DNA of 64,000 nt from Candidatus Tenebribacter burtonii (GTDB lineage: Bacteria; Cloacimonadota; Cloacimonadia; Cloacimonadales; TCS61), in NCBI GenBank assembly GCA_030765625.1, contig JAVCCF010000142.1, positions 12,429 through 76,428 of the forward strand, written 5' to 3'. Positions 35,673 to 46,300 of this stretch are shown here, piece by piece. The translations under genes and the position numbers were made by a program. Under the pieces are notes generated by a model, which saw only the letters and a list, made by a program, of their open reading frames with translations, searched no databases and was not told the origin of the DNA. Numbering within the stretch: the stretch's first letter is position 1; every line of letters begins with the position of its first letter.

Positions 35673-36596
35673 TTAATCTTCTTTATCGCTTCTTGGATGT
35701 GCTTGTTGATACACCTTTTTCAAATCTTTTAAAGTTAGATGAGTGTAGATCTCTGTTGTTGATAAATTACTATGCCCAAGCATTTCCTGAACAGCCCTCA
35801 GATCAGCACCCCGAGCTAGAAGATGAGTTGCAAAAGAATGCCGTATCGAATGTGGTGAATAACCCCTGGTTTTTGCCACTAAATTCAAATAGCGAGAAAG
35901 TATCTCTCTGATCTCATTTGAAGATAGAGATCTACCGCTTTTTGATAGGAACAGGCTATCATCAGTGAATCTTGAAACAAGTTGTTCACGTGTATTCATA
36001 TAATTTCTGATAGCAATCTTTGCTTTACTGCTAATAGGTACAATGCGTTCTTTTTGCCCCTTACCAATAATTCGAATTAGCTTCTCTTGTAAATCGATCT
36101 GCCTTATTTTGCTACTTGCAATCTCACTTATTCTCAAACCGCTGGAATATATTAATTCCAAGATAGCACGGTTTCTAATTCCAAATTTGCTGGATAAATC
36201 TGGAATATTTAATAATTCTTCCATCTCTTTTTCTGAAAAATACTTTGGTAGTTTTTTCTCAAATTTTGGTGAATGTAGATTTGAGGTAGGATTTGTTTTT
36301 AGATAATCATTTTTTTTACAAAATTGGAAAAAAATTTTCATAGTACTTGCTTTACGTGCAAGTGTACGATTATTTCTACCATTCTTGCTTAAATAACGCA
36401 GAAAATCGCGGAGAAATAGATGCGTGATCTGTTCCAATCTCACATTGTTATTTTCAAAATATTTCGTTAAAAATTTCTGAAGTTGCAGAAGATCTTTTTT
36501 ATATGCAGTAATTGTATATTCAGAAAGACCTCTCGAAATTAATGTTTTTACAAATTCTTCAATTGCTTGCTGCATAAAAAATTGATCATTTACCAT
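35673..36596 (-). CDS. Tyrosine site-specific recombinase, XerC/XerD type
   Basis: SGLRISE...HSIRHSFATHLLARGADLRAVQEMLGHSNLSTTEIYTHL (R-H-R-Y catalytic pattern). The start is uncertain: 36623, 36596 or 36575. Confidence 0.85.
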   Translation of the reverse strand: MVNDQFFMQQAIEEFVKTLISRGLSEYTITAYKKDLLQLQKFLTKYFENNNVRLEQITHLFLRDFLRYLSKNGRNNRTLARKASTMKIFFQFCKKNDYLKTNPTSNLHSPKFEKKLPKYFSEKEMEELLNIPDLSSKFGIRNRAILELIYSSGLRISEIASSKIRQIDLQEKLIRIIGKGQKERIVPISSKAKIAIRNYMNTREQLVSRFTDDSLFLSKSGRSLSSNEIREILSRYLNLVAKTRGYSPHSIRHSFATHLLARGADLRAVQEMLGHSNLSTTEIYTHLTLKDLKKVYQQAHPRSDKED

Positions 36597-37347
36597 TAAA
36601 TTCAATTTCTTCCCACTTTTCATTAACTTTTCCGTTATGGTATATTAAACTCAATTTTCCATAATTACCATTTTTAGTAAGAATACTATAGAAATTTGTG
36701 CTCTGGTTAGAAAGAAGTTCATTTTTTTTTTTCTGATAATCAAAGCTTACTACTGCATTAATTTCGAGATTTTTAACTATATTATCATCAATATATTTAG
36801 TCACATTTGACAGCATTATGATATAGTCAGTTTGTTTTGCTAAGAATTCAGTTTGCTCTTTTGCAATATCAAAGATATCAGTATTCATTTTTGCATGATC
36901 TGCGATCTTATTTTTCACCATAAAATCAGGAGTATAAATAGAAAAGAGACCTACTTTAAATGAGTCGCATTTAATTATTATATTTTTTATAATTGGAATA
37001 GAATCACTTTCTATATTAGAAATAAGTAGATCACTTTCTAAGCCTTTTCCAAAGAAAAAATAATCTACAGGAGAAATAATCTCTGGTTTTAAAGTATTAA
37101 TAAAAAGTGCTGATAAACTATCTGATTGGGGTTCTGCTAATATTGTGCCAGCAAAAGCGTTTACCTGTTTTATTGTATCATTCCTGATATTTTTAGTCAG
37201 GAAATTGGTCATATATATCTGTTCATGATCAAAACGCGGCTCTATGAAAAAATTTATATCAACATATTTCCCAACAGAGGCAAAGTCTTCAGTATACAGA
37301 AAGTTGAATATTAACAAAATAACTACTACCAAAATTATTTTTCCCAA
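36586..37347 (-). CDS. Hypothetical exported protein
   Basis: N-terminal hydrophobic signal MGKIILVVVILLIFNFLY. No confident family. Contains an A11 coding homopolymer (T run 36722-36732 on the plus strand). Confidence 0.4.
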   Translation of the reverse strand: MGKIILVVVILLIFNFLYTEDFASVGKYVDINFFIEPRFDHEQIYMTNFLTKNIRNDTIKQVNAFAGTILAEPQSDSLSALFINTLKPEIISPVDYFFFGKGLESDLLISNIESDSIPIIKNIIIKCDSFKVGLFSIYTPDFMVKNKIADHAKMNTDIFDIAKEQTEFLAKQTDYIIMLSNVTKYIDDNIVKNLEINAVVSFDYQKKKNELLSNQSTNFYSILTKNGNYGKLSLIYHNGKVNEKWEEIEFNGK

Positions 37348-37466
37348 AGTTCAGCTCCAATTTTTTCTTAACTTTATTAATTATGATTATTTATTGTCAA
37401 AAGTTTTTTGACAATTTATCATATTAAGAGAATTTTGGTTAAATTAAAATTTTATCTAGAGGAAAA

Positions 37467-38165
37467 ATGAATAATAAACTAATAATTGTTATCGGAGCTT
37501 TTGGTAGTGGTAAGAGTGAATACTCAATAAATTTAGCTAGAGAATATTCTCAAAAAGGGAAACAAGTTACTTTAGTAGATCTTGATGTAGTGAATCCATA
37601 TTTTCGCAGTAGAGACATACGAGATCAATTTACCAAGAAAGGCATTACAGTTATTGCCCCGGAAGGAGAATTTCAGTATGCTGATCTTCCGATGCTCTCT
37701 CCCAGAATTATGGGAGCAGTACAAAATTATAGTAACACCGTTATTCTTGATGTTGGTGGAGATCCATCTGGTTGTAGAACTCTAGCAAGATATGTAACAA
37801 ATATAAAAAAACGTGGATACGAAATGCATTTTGTTATTAACACAAAACGTCCTTTTACCTCTGATGAAAATGGTATAACGGAAATGTTGAAAATGCTGGA
37901 ATTTACTTCCAAACTTGAGGTTACAGAATTAATTTGCAATACAAATTTGATGGAGTATACTACTTTCGGAATCATCGAAGAAGGCATTAATATAATTAAT
38001 GATGTATCAATAAAAGAAAATATCAAATTTAATTTATTTACTGTTCTTGATAAATACACTGAGCATATCCCCAATCAGATTAATGGAAAAACAAGAATAA
38101 TTTTATATTACTTTCTTTCTAAACCCTGGGAAATGAATAATAAGGTTCATCATCGCGGGATTTAA
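37467..38165 (+). CDS. P-loop NTPase (MinD/CooC-like SIMIBI class), function unknown
   Basis: Walker A IGAFGSGKSE. VTLVDLDVVNPYF. Walker-B-like VILDVGGD. Confidence 0.55.
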   Translation: MNNKLIIVIGAFGSGKSEYSINLAREYSQKGKQVTLVDLDVVNPYFRSRDIRDQFTKKGITVIAPEGEFQYADLPMLSPRIMGAVQNYSNTVILDVGGDPSGCRTLARYVTNIKKRGYEMHFVINTKRPFTSDENGITEMLKMLEFTSKLEVTELICNTNLMEYTTFGIIEEGINIINDVSIKENIKFNLFTVLDKYTEHIPNQINGKTRIILYYFLSKPWEMNNKVHHRGI

Positions 38166-38368
38166 TAATTCAATTTCATACCTTAATACACAGTTATTAA
38201 TATCATTAAGTTTTAATAATAATTTACCTTTTTTCTTTGACATAGACAATTTGAATTTATTAATTTGATTTTATTATATTAGCAGTGTATTTAAGATTCT
38301 TTTTTATATTCGGTAAAGACCGTATATAAAACTAAATCCTGATTAAAGTAATAAATGAGAGGACTGAA

Positions 38369-40633
38369 ATGGAAAGTGAGAACAGAATGAACATACAACT
38401 TCTCAAAGAAAATGATAAATTAAAATCCAGGATTCAAATACTAGAAAAATCAAAAACCGAGCAAAATGAGATTGAAGAAACGTTTAAGAAGAGTGAAAGA
38501 TGTTTTCGAACATACTTTGAGCAGGGACTAATTGGTATGGCGATAATTTCACCGGAGAAAGGATTTATTGAGACTAACAATACTTTTTGTAAGATGCTGG
38601 GCTATTCGGTTAAAGAATTAGCAAATATGACTTGGTTCGAATTAACATATCCGGAAGATTTAGATATTGACTTGATAAAATTCAACCAGCTATTAGCTGG
38701 TGAAATAAATAATTATTCTTTAGAAAAACGATTTATTCATAAGAATAATCGAATTATTTATACAGCAATATCCATTAATGCAATGTATAAATCTGATGAC
38801 AATACCGTGAACTATCTCCTTGCAACAATTGAAAATATAACAAAAAGAAAACACGCAGAAAAAAAAATCAAATCACTTTCAAATATTGTGGAGCAATCTA
38901 CTGAAGTTATAGCACAAACCGACTTAGATGGTAACCTGATTTTTATCAATAATGCATGGTGCAAAATGCATGAATACAGTAGTTATAAAAGCCTTATAGG
39001 AAAAAATCTAACGATTTTTCATAATAAAGAACAACTTGAAAATGATGTGATTCCATTCAATGATAAAGTTATGAAGTATGGAACTTATTCCGGAGAAGTT
39101 GGACATATCACAAAAGATGGAAAACCATTTCCAACTTTAATGACAACAACCATAATAAAAGACAAAGATGGTAATCCTCATTCTATTGTTGGGATAGCAA
39201 AAGATATTACCAAGCGCAAGCAGGAGGAAATAAAGCTAAAAGAATCGGAAGCACATTATCGAATGCTGTTTGAATCAGCAAGTGATGCAATTTTTCTTAT
39301 GAGTAGTAATAAATTTACCGACTGCAACTTGAAAACACTGGAAATGTTTGGATGCAAACGAGATGAAATTATTGGTCATTCTCCAGGGGAATTTCCCCCT
39401 CCTTATCAACTTGATGGAAGAAAATCAAATGAAAAAGCAATGGAAAAGATCAATGCAGCTCTGAATGGAAATCCACAATTTTTTGAATGGCAACATAAAA
39501 AATTAAATGGAGAAGTGTTTAATGCAGAGGTCAGTTTAAATCTAATAGAGCTTTCAATTGGATCACATATTCAGGCAATTGTCCGTGACATCACTAAGCG
39601 CAAGATAGCTGAGAAAGCACTTAAAGAAAGTGAAGAAAAACTGCGAATGATGATTGATAACTCTCCTATTGGATTTACAGCCACAAATCTGAATGGTATC
39701 TTTATAGACGTGAATCCTTCGGTGTGTGAAATGATAGGTTATTCGCACAAAGAAATTATTAATAAACATTATGATTACTTCTCTCATCCAGATGATGTAG
39801 ATATTAATAGGAATTTATATCAAAAATTAGTTGATGGCAAAATATCCTACTTCGATCTTGAGAAAAGATATATTCATAAAAGTGGAAAGATAGTTCATGT
39901 TTTAATACGATCACAACTTATTCGTGATGATAAGGAAGAAAAACCACTTTTTGAATTCACTATTATTGAGAATATCACAAAACGTAAGAAAGCAGAGGCA
40001 ATCTTGCAGAAACACACATTGCAACGGGAAACACTACAAACTATTACTGCAGCTTTATCAACATCATTGGAATTGAATAACGTGTTGCAAATCATTCTTG
40101 ATCAAATAGCACTTGCTATTCCATACGACAGTGCCAGCATTTTCTTAACCGAAAATGAAAAACTAAAGATTGCCATGGTCAAGGGACTCTCTCAAGATCT
40201 GGTGGGAAAATTTTTTCCTATGGATGAACCTTTCTTTAAAGAAATACAATTAACCAAGAAAACAGTTGTGATATCGGATACATGGAAAGAACCGCGCTTT
40301 AAAGACTGGAGCAGGACTAACAATATTCGCAGCTGGATGTGTGTTCCGTTAATTGTCCGCGACATGATGATAGGCTATCTAACATTAGACAACTTACTGC
40401 CAGATGCATATAAACCTGAACAAATTGAATTTATTCAACTTTTTGTAGCTCAAGCTGCTCAAGCTCTAAATAATGCACGGATGTATGAAAGTGTAATTAA
40501 GAAAACGATCGAGTTGGAAAATTTTAACAAAATTACTGTGGGTAGAGAATTAAAGATGATCAAATTAAAAAAAGAGATTAATGAACTTCTTGAGAAATCG
40601 GGAATAGAAGCAAAATATAAAATTGTTGAATGA
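38369..40633 (+). CDS. Multi-PAS plus GAF signalling protein without a recognisable output domain
   Basis: Four PAS-like modules separated by ITKRK linkers. GAF-like region (DSASIFL...[20 protein letters not shown]). Short C-terminal helix [22 protein letters not shown]. No H-box or HATPase seen. Confidence 0.75.
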   Translation: MESENRMNIQLLKENDKLKSRIQILEKSKTEQNEIEETFKKSERCFRTYFEQGLIGMAIISPEKGFIETNNTFCKMLGYSVKELANMTWFELTYPEDLDIDLIKFNQLLAGEINNYSLEKRFIHKNNRIIYTAISINAMYKSDDNTVNYLLATIENITKRKHAEKKIKSLSNIVEQSTEVIAQTDLDGNLIFINNAWCKMHEYSSYKSLIGKNLTIFHNKEQLENDVIPFNDKVMKYGTYSGEVGHITKDGKPFPTLMTTTIIKDKDGNPHSIVGIAKDITKRKQEEIKLKESEAHYRMLFESASDAIFLMSSNKFTDCNLKTLEMFGCKRDEIIGHSPGEFPPPYQLDGRKSNEKAMEKINAALNGNPQFFEWQHKKLNGEVFNAEVSLNLIELSIGSHIQAIVRDITKRKIAEKALKESEEKLRMMIDNSPIGFTATNLNGIFIDVNPSVCEMIGYSHKEIINKHYDYFSHPDDVDINRNLYQKLVDGKISYFDLEKRYIHKSGKIVHVLIRSQLIRDDKEEKPLFEFTIIENITKRKKAEAILQKHTLQRETLQTITAALSTSLELNNVLQIILDQIALAIPYDSASIFLTENEKLKIAMVKGLSQDLVGKFFPMDEPFFKEIQLTKKTVVISDTWKEPRFKDWSRTNNIRSWMCVPLIVRDMMIGYLTLDNLLPDAYKPEQIEFIQLFVAQAAQALNNARMYESVIKKTIELENFNKITVGRELKMIKLKKEINELLEKSGIEAKYKIVE

Positions 40634-40792
40634 AGAAGATTAACTTCGATTTCAGATGAGCATTGCCAAACTTAAGAAACAAGAGGAGAAAAGAAGAAAA
40701 GTATTCTAAATTCTACCTAAAGAGATATAAGGTTCGGCAAACTAAAACCGGATTTTGATTTATCAAAAACGATCTCATCTCTTTCGAATCTG

Positions 40793-43243
40793 TTGAATAA
40801 TGGAGGAAAATTGAAAATAAGGACAAAACTTGGCATCATCCCAATTACAATAGCTGTAACAATGTTGATTACAGCATTAGTAACTATCCTTATGATTACC
40901 CAAGATATAATTTACAAACAAACGGAAAATCAATTATTAACGGCTTCACAATATAGTGCAAATAATATTAAAATGCTTTTAAATGATTATAAGAAGTATG
41001 CTCAGCAGCTTACAATAGAAAGTTTTTTTACAAATGTGCTAGATCTTACAATAGACCAAGCTGAAAGATTGACTGAATGTAATCTTAAGATAAAAAGAAC
41101 TATTGATGCTGAAAATACAGTTTCTAGAATTAGAGTTTTAAATATTGATGGTATTGTAATTGCATCAAGTCATGAAGATGTTGGATTTGACCAAAGTGCT
41201 AAGGAGATTTTCTTAAAAGGAAAAAAAAGTGTATATATTGGTGATATTCATAAATCTGAATATACAGGAAATCTTGTTTTTAGTATTTCAGCACCTATTT
41301 TTATAGAAGATATTTTTTCTGGGGTTTTAATCGTTAATTTTGATGCACAAAAACACTTATTTAATATCGTAACCAATAAAATAGGTCTTGGAGAAACTGG
41401 TGAGACATATCTTGTGAATAAAGATAATTTTCTTATTACTCCCTCTCGATTTGTTGATGATGTGATCTTTAAGACTAAGATAAATGCCAAGCAAACTACG
41501 ATTAGTTTTTCAGAATATTCAAAGAATGTACTTCCTGAGAATATGAAAAAGAAAGCAATTAGATACAATAATTACAGAGGCGAAAAAGTTCTGGGTATAA
41601 ACTATTATATCTCCGAGATGCAATGGAATTTGTTTACAGAAATTGATGTTAAAGAAGTAAATAAACCGATATTCAAAATGGCTGGTTTATTAATAATAAT
41701 TTTTTCGTTTTTACTTATAGCTATATTGATTTCCCTAATAAAATTATCAAGAGACATCACTATACCGATTATGAAATTACAGAAAGGAATTCTAAAAATT
41801 GTTAACAGCAACTTGGAGTATAAAGTAGATAATAAAAGAAGCGATGAAATTGGTGAGCTTTCCCGCTCATTTGATAGCATGACCGAGAAATTGATAAAAG
41901 CTCAGCAAGAATTAAATGATTACACAAAAAACTTCAAAACAATGATAGAACAAAGAACTGCAGAACTAAAATTAAAAGTTACAGAAAGTGTACAACAAAG
42001 ACAAGCAATTATAAATATTGCAACCGATCTGGATGAAATCAATCATGAACTAGAATTGGAAATCATCGAACGTAAAAATGCGGAACAAATTCAAAAACTG
42101 TTCTATAATATTTCCAATGCAATGAATATAACGGATAACATACAGCACCTTTTCCGAAAGATAAAAAAATATTTGAGCGATGTCATTGATACAACAAATT
42201 TTTATATAGCTTCATATGATGAAAAAACTGATACACTTTCACTTCCTTTTAATGTTGATGAAAAAGATAATTATGAAACATTCCCAGCTGGCAAAACCAT
42301 AACTAAATATCTTATAGACATCGGCAAACCTCTTCTTGCAACAAAGGAGGTAATAACAGAATTAACTAAGAAAAATTTAATCGAGACAATTGGTGCTACT
42401 TCTGAGATTTGGCTGGGTGTTCCTCTAAGAATTGAAAACAAAGTAATTGGTGTTTTAGCAGTTCAAAGTTATGATGACCCAAATCTTTATACTGAAGATG
42501 ATGTTGAAATTCTCACCTTTGCTTCTAAAGAAATTGCTCTGGCAATTAAACATAAATTAGCAGCAGATCAAATAAAGAGAAATCTGGAAGAGAAGGAAAT
42601 ATTGCTACGTGAATTATACCATCGAACTAAAAATAATATGCAAATCATCATTTCAATGTTGCGAATACAATCCGCAAGCTTAGAAAACAGAACACATACT
42701 AAGAGTAAGGATATAGATTTTATGTTTGATTCACTTGATAAGGTAATCAATAAGATAAAATCAATGAGTCTCGTGCATCAAAAATTATATCAATCTCAAG
42801 ACTTATCTCATATTAATTTGAAAGAGTATATTAATGACCTCGTTAGATTACTGATGGTAAGTTATAGAGTCCAATTGGATACTATATCACTAAAGTTAGA
42901 GTTGAATGACTTATTCGTTTTGATTGATTTAGCTATACCATTAGGTTTAGTTTTAAATGAGCTTATATCCAATGTATTCATACATGCTTTCTCATATAAC
43001 GGAAATGATACGATTTGCATTCAATTATACAAAGATGATGATAATACAATTAACATTCTTATAAGCGATAATGGAGCTGGAATTCCAAATGAGATCGATC
43101 TGGAAAATGTTAATTCAATGGGACTTAGAACTGTGTTTGATCTCGTTAATTATCAATTGAAAGGTGAAGTGACATATAAAACAGAAAATGGTTTAAGATG
43201 GCATATCAGATTGAAAGATAATATCTATTCAAAAAGAGTATAA
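40793..43243 (+). CDS. Membrane sensor histidine kinase: Cache-like periplasmic domain, HAMP, GAF, HisKA_2-type H-box, HATPase
   Basis: Two TM segments flank a domain of about 270 aa. HAMP (IPIMKLQKGILKI...SDEIGELSRSFDSM). GAF (IWLGVPLRIENKVIGVLAVQSYD). H-box LRELYHRTKNNMQII. LNELISNVFIHAF...DNGAGIP. The TTG start could be 40793 or 40811. Confidence 0.8.
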   Translation: MNNGGKLKIRTKLGIIPITIAVTMLITALVTILMITQDIIYKQTENQLLTASQYSANNIKMLLNDYKKYAQQLTIESFFTNVLDLTIDQAERLTECNLKIKRTIDAENTVSRIRVLNIDGIVIASSHEDVGFDQSAKEIFLKGKKSVYIGDIHKSEYTGNLVFSISAPIFIEDIFSGVLIVNFDAQKHLFNIVTNKIGLGETGETYLVNKDNFLITPSRFVDDVIFKTKINAKQTTISFSEYSKNVLPENMKKKAIRYNNYRGEKVLGINYYISEMQWNLFTEIDVKEVNKPIFKMAGLLIIIFSFLLIAILISLIKLSRDITIPIMKLQKGILKIVNSNLEYKVDNKRSDEIGELSRSFDSMTEKLIKAQQELNDYTKNFKTMIEQRTAELKLKVTESVQQRQAIINIATDLDEINHELELEIIERKNAEQIQKLFYNISNAMNITDNIQHLFRKIKKYLSDVIDTTNFYIASYDEKTDTLSLPFNVDEKDNYETFPAGKTITKYLIDIGKPLLATKEVITELTKKNLIETIGATSEIWLGVPLRIENKVIGVLAVQSYDDPNLYTEDDVEILTFASKEIALAIKHKLAADQIKRNLEEKEILLRELYHRTKNNMQIIISMLRIQSASLENRTHTKSKDIDFMFDSLDKVINKIKSMSLVHQKLYQSQDLSHINLKEYINDLVRLLMVSYRVQLDTISLKLELNDLFVLIDLAIPLGLVLNELISNVFIHAFSYNGNDTICIQLYKDDDNTINILISDNGAGIPNEIDLENVNSMGLRTVFDLVNYQLKGEVTYKTENGLRWHIRLKDNIYSKRV

Positions 43244-43335
43244 TTATGAATTTAACAAATAGTAAAATAACCTACCCAAAATAAGGGAAAATCTATGAAT
43301 AATAAAACAAACTTGAGAGCAATTCAAATATAAAC

Positions 43336-46300
43336 TTATTTAATCAATATCATTTTATTTGTTTTTGTGGTACTATTCGATTCAAGTTGGTATAAATATA
43401 CCCCAGAACTTACATTCCGGTTTTTATCGTCAGTTCCGTCCCAATAAATTTCATATGCTCCCAATTCTTTATGCTCATTAATAAGTGTTTTAACGTACTG
43501 TCCCTTGATATTATAAACTTTAATGGTTATCTTTCCCGCTTTTGGAATATCATATTCAATCCGTGTAAAAGGATTAAATGGATTTGGATAGTTCTGCCTG
43601 AGTATGTAATTTTCAATTGGTTGTATGGTTGTATATACTTCCAGTGTAATAGGAATATTCAATATTTGCCCAATATCTGTTATGATTTTAATAACTGCAA
43701 AATATGTTGCAGGAGTTAGTTCATTTGATGAGATAGTAATAGAATTATTAGCATTTCCACCTGCAGGGATGGTTCCTAAAGTGTTTTCTATTGAAAGCCA
43801 GTTAACTGGTGAATCAACTATAGTAAAAGGTCTGGATATATTTTGTACTGTGCCCGTAATATTGCTTATTTGGAAGAGACAATATTCGGATGGAGGTCCG
43901 GCAACTGTATAAACAAATGAACCTGTATTTTCTCCAGTTTCGGATATTGTTTCCCATGAATATCCATTATTAGCAGAAAACTCAATCTTCACATTATCAT
44001 AATTCCCTGTATCGACCCAGGTTAACGTATCTGTTGCTCCATATGAAAGGATGGAGGCTTCTTCAGGATGAGTGATATTGAAAGCTGATATACTGAATAC
44101 ACTATCAGAAACATCAAAACTACTTTCATCAAGAGTTGAAACCTTAAACCTGCATTCATCAGTAAGCGGACCATCAAACATATATGGATATGATCCTGAG
44201 TTTTCTGTCATTTCATCTATCATCTGCCAGTTTGTCATGTTGTCTCTGCAGATCATGATCTTCACAAATTCTGCCTCTCCGTATTTATTCCATCTTAATG
44301 TATCTTGTATCGAAGGAACGACATATTCTCCACCATTTGGATATGTTACCCAGAGATATTCATCACTGGTTGGATTCACAATAAACGAGCCACTTACCTG
44401 ATGAGGTGCAGCTCCAGTTCCATCTCCTTCTATATACCAATCAATTTCAACAGGAGATGTTTGATTCTCATCAATTGTTATATTAACCAAGATTGGAGAA
44501 GACGAAGAAGACGGAATAATGCTATACCCTAATATAAAACCCCAACTGATTTCTGCTCCATCGCCAATCTCATTGTTATATTCCAAATCATCGATATCTG
44601 ATGCACTATTCACATAAAAGCCTGGGGGAAAGTCAATATTAATGCCATGAATTCCTTCCCCGTCCAGATCAGTGTGGATCAGGTAAAAAAGAAAGTTCAT
44701 CGGTTCAATTGGAATGTATGTTGGTGTCATATTAAAAATTTGGCTGTTTTCGATATTTCTGGAGAAATCTTCATTGAAATTGGATTGATAGCCTGAAGGC
44801 ACTCTGGCAAAATGTGCTAGTGATACTTCATAAGAAACTTCGGAAGAACCAAGGGCATTTGATAAATTGAGATCAATTGAAAAAGTAGAATCAGCAGGAA
44901 CACTAAAATTGTAATTTTCTGGAGCAGCACTTATGAAAGGAATTCCGCCATCGATATTATTAAAAAAAAGGATCGCAGTTTCATTTTGCAATTCATGAAT
45001 TGTAATTGGATAAATATTTGAGTAAGTCATCAATAAACCATCGGTTTGTTGATAATTTTCTATTCCTACGGTCGCGAAATTATCATCCTGATCATTGTTA
45101 CAAACTACTTTATATTGGAATTTCATCAATTTATTTTCGTTAGCTGTAAAGTAAAATTCTGGATCGTATAGAATAACCTGAAATATTTCATCAGTTTCAT
45201 CAAATTCATTTTTAAAATCTGACCATTCAATTATAAAGTAATTGTTCTCTTCGTCATATTTCACGTAAATTCGGCCATCTATTAAGTTATCCCAGAAAGG
45301 AGCTATCATCCCTGCTGGACCAACTCCGGATGGGATGTTGCGATTTCTATGAAATATAAGTGGTGTTTGATCCATTGAAATATAACCTTCTGAACAAACT
45401 GAGATGTGATCATAGAAATTGCCAAAATAATTAAATTGGAAAGGAAGAGAAATAACTTTGGTAAATCCATCCGTGGTAGTATGGTCAGAATCTAAAAGTA
45501 ATCCATCACCTCCATAATTAGGGTCGATCTCGATCCAGTCATATTGAGGTGTCATGAGATTTCCTACATCACCAGATTCAATTGCATAATATCCATTTTT
45601 ACAAAATGTTACGCTGGTTGAATCAATAATGCCAATCGGGAAATTAAAGCTAATGTTAAACAGAATGTTACCATTATTAATTATTACCATTTCAAATTGT
45701 GCAAGTTCACCCGATATTACATTTTCTGGTGTAACTGAGAAGTTGCCAATTCCAGTATTATTTTGCTGAATGTTGGTATAATTAGATATAGAGTTTTCGA
45801 TTACTGCATTCTCATTTATACATATTAGTTCAGCTTGAAAATTACCAGTTTGATAATTTCCACAATTCAGAAGTTCAATAGTAATATCCGCTGTTTCATT
45901 CTGAATTAGGCAATTGGTGGAATTTTGAACAAGAAATTCAGAAACGATAAGTTCAGGTGAAATAATTTCCGACGGAATCAAGAATTTATAATCTCCACTA
46001 TCAGAAGTTATTTCAAAAAATATATTCAATTCCTCTCCATTAACCCAGCATTCGGAAATCTGGATCTCAAATTGCCCTGAATAGTCATGACCTGCCTCTA
46101 AAGTATCGATAATTATTGGGTCATCTAAGAATGTTATATTTCCATTTGAACATACAGGTGTTATTATAATGCTTTCTATATCTGCAGTTCCAACATTTTC
46201 TATTACAAATTCCAATACTGAATTATATCCGGAAACCATGTCATCTGAAAAAGAAGAATCTTCTAATATAAGACTGGCATCGGAATTAACATTAAGATCA

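Noticed and set aside
35673-36623. Tyrosine recombinase as a marker of an integrated mobile element or an invertible promoter switch.
   Set aside because: The sequence looks like chromosomal XerC/XerD. I found no flanking direct or inverted repeats, no tRNA target, no phage or transfer genes, and no inverted-repeat-bounded promoter segment near the surface-protein or glycan operons.
40634-43335. Very short ORFs in spacers: a 16-aa MSIAKLKKQEEKRRKVF in the 40634-40792 spacer, and two 12-aa ORFs at 43247-43330.
   Set aside because: They are too short to evaluate from sequence alone. Only one has a weak RBS, and conservation cannot be assessed here.
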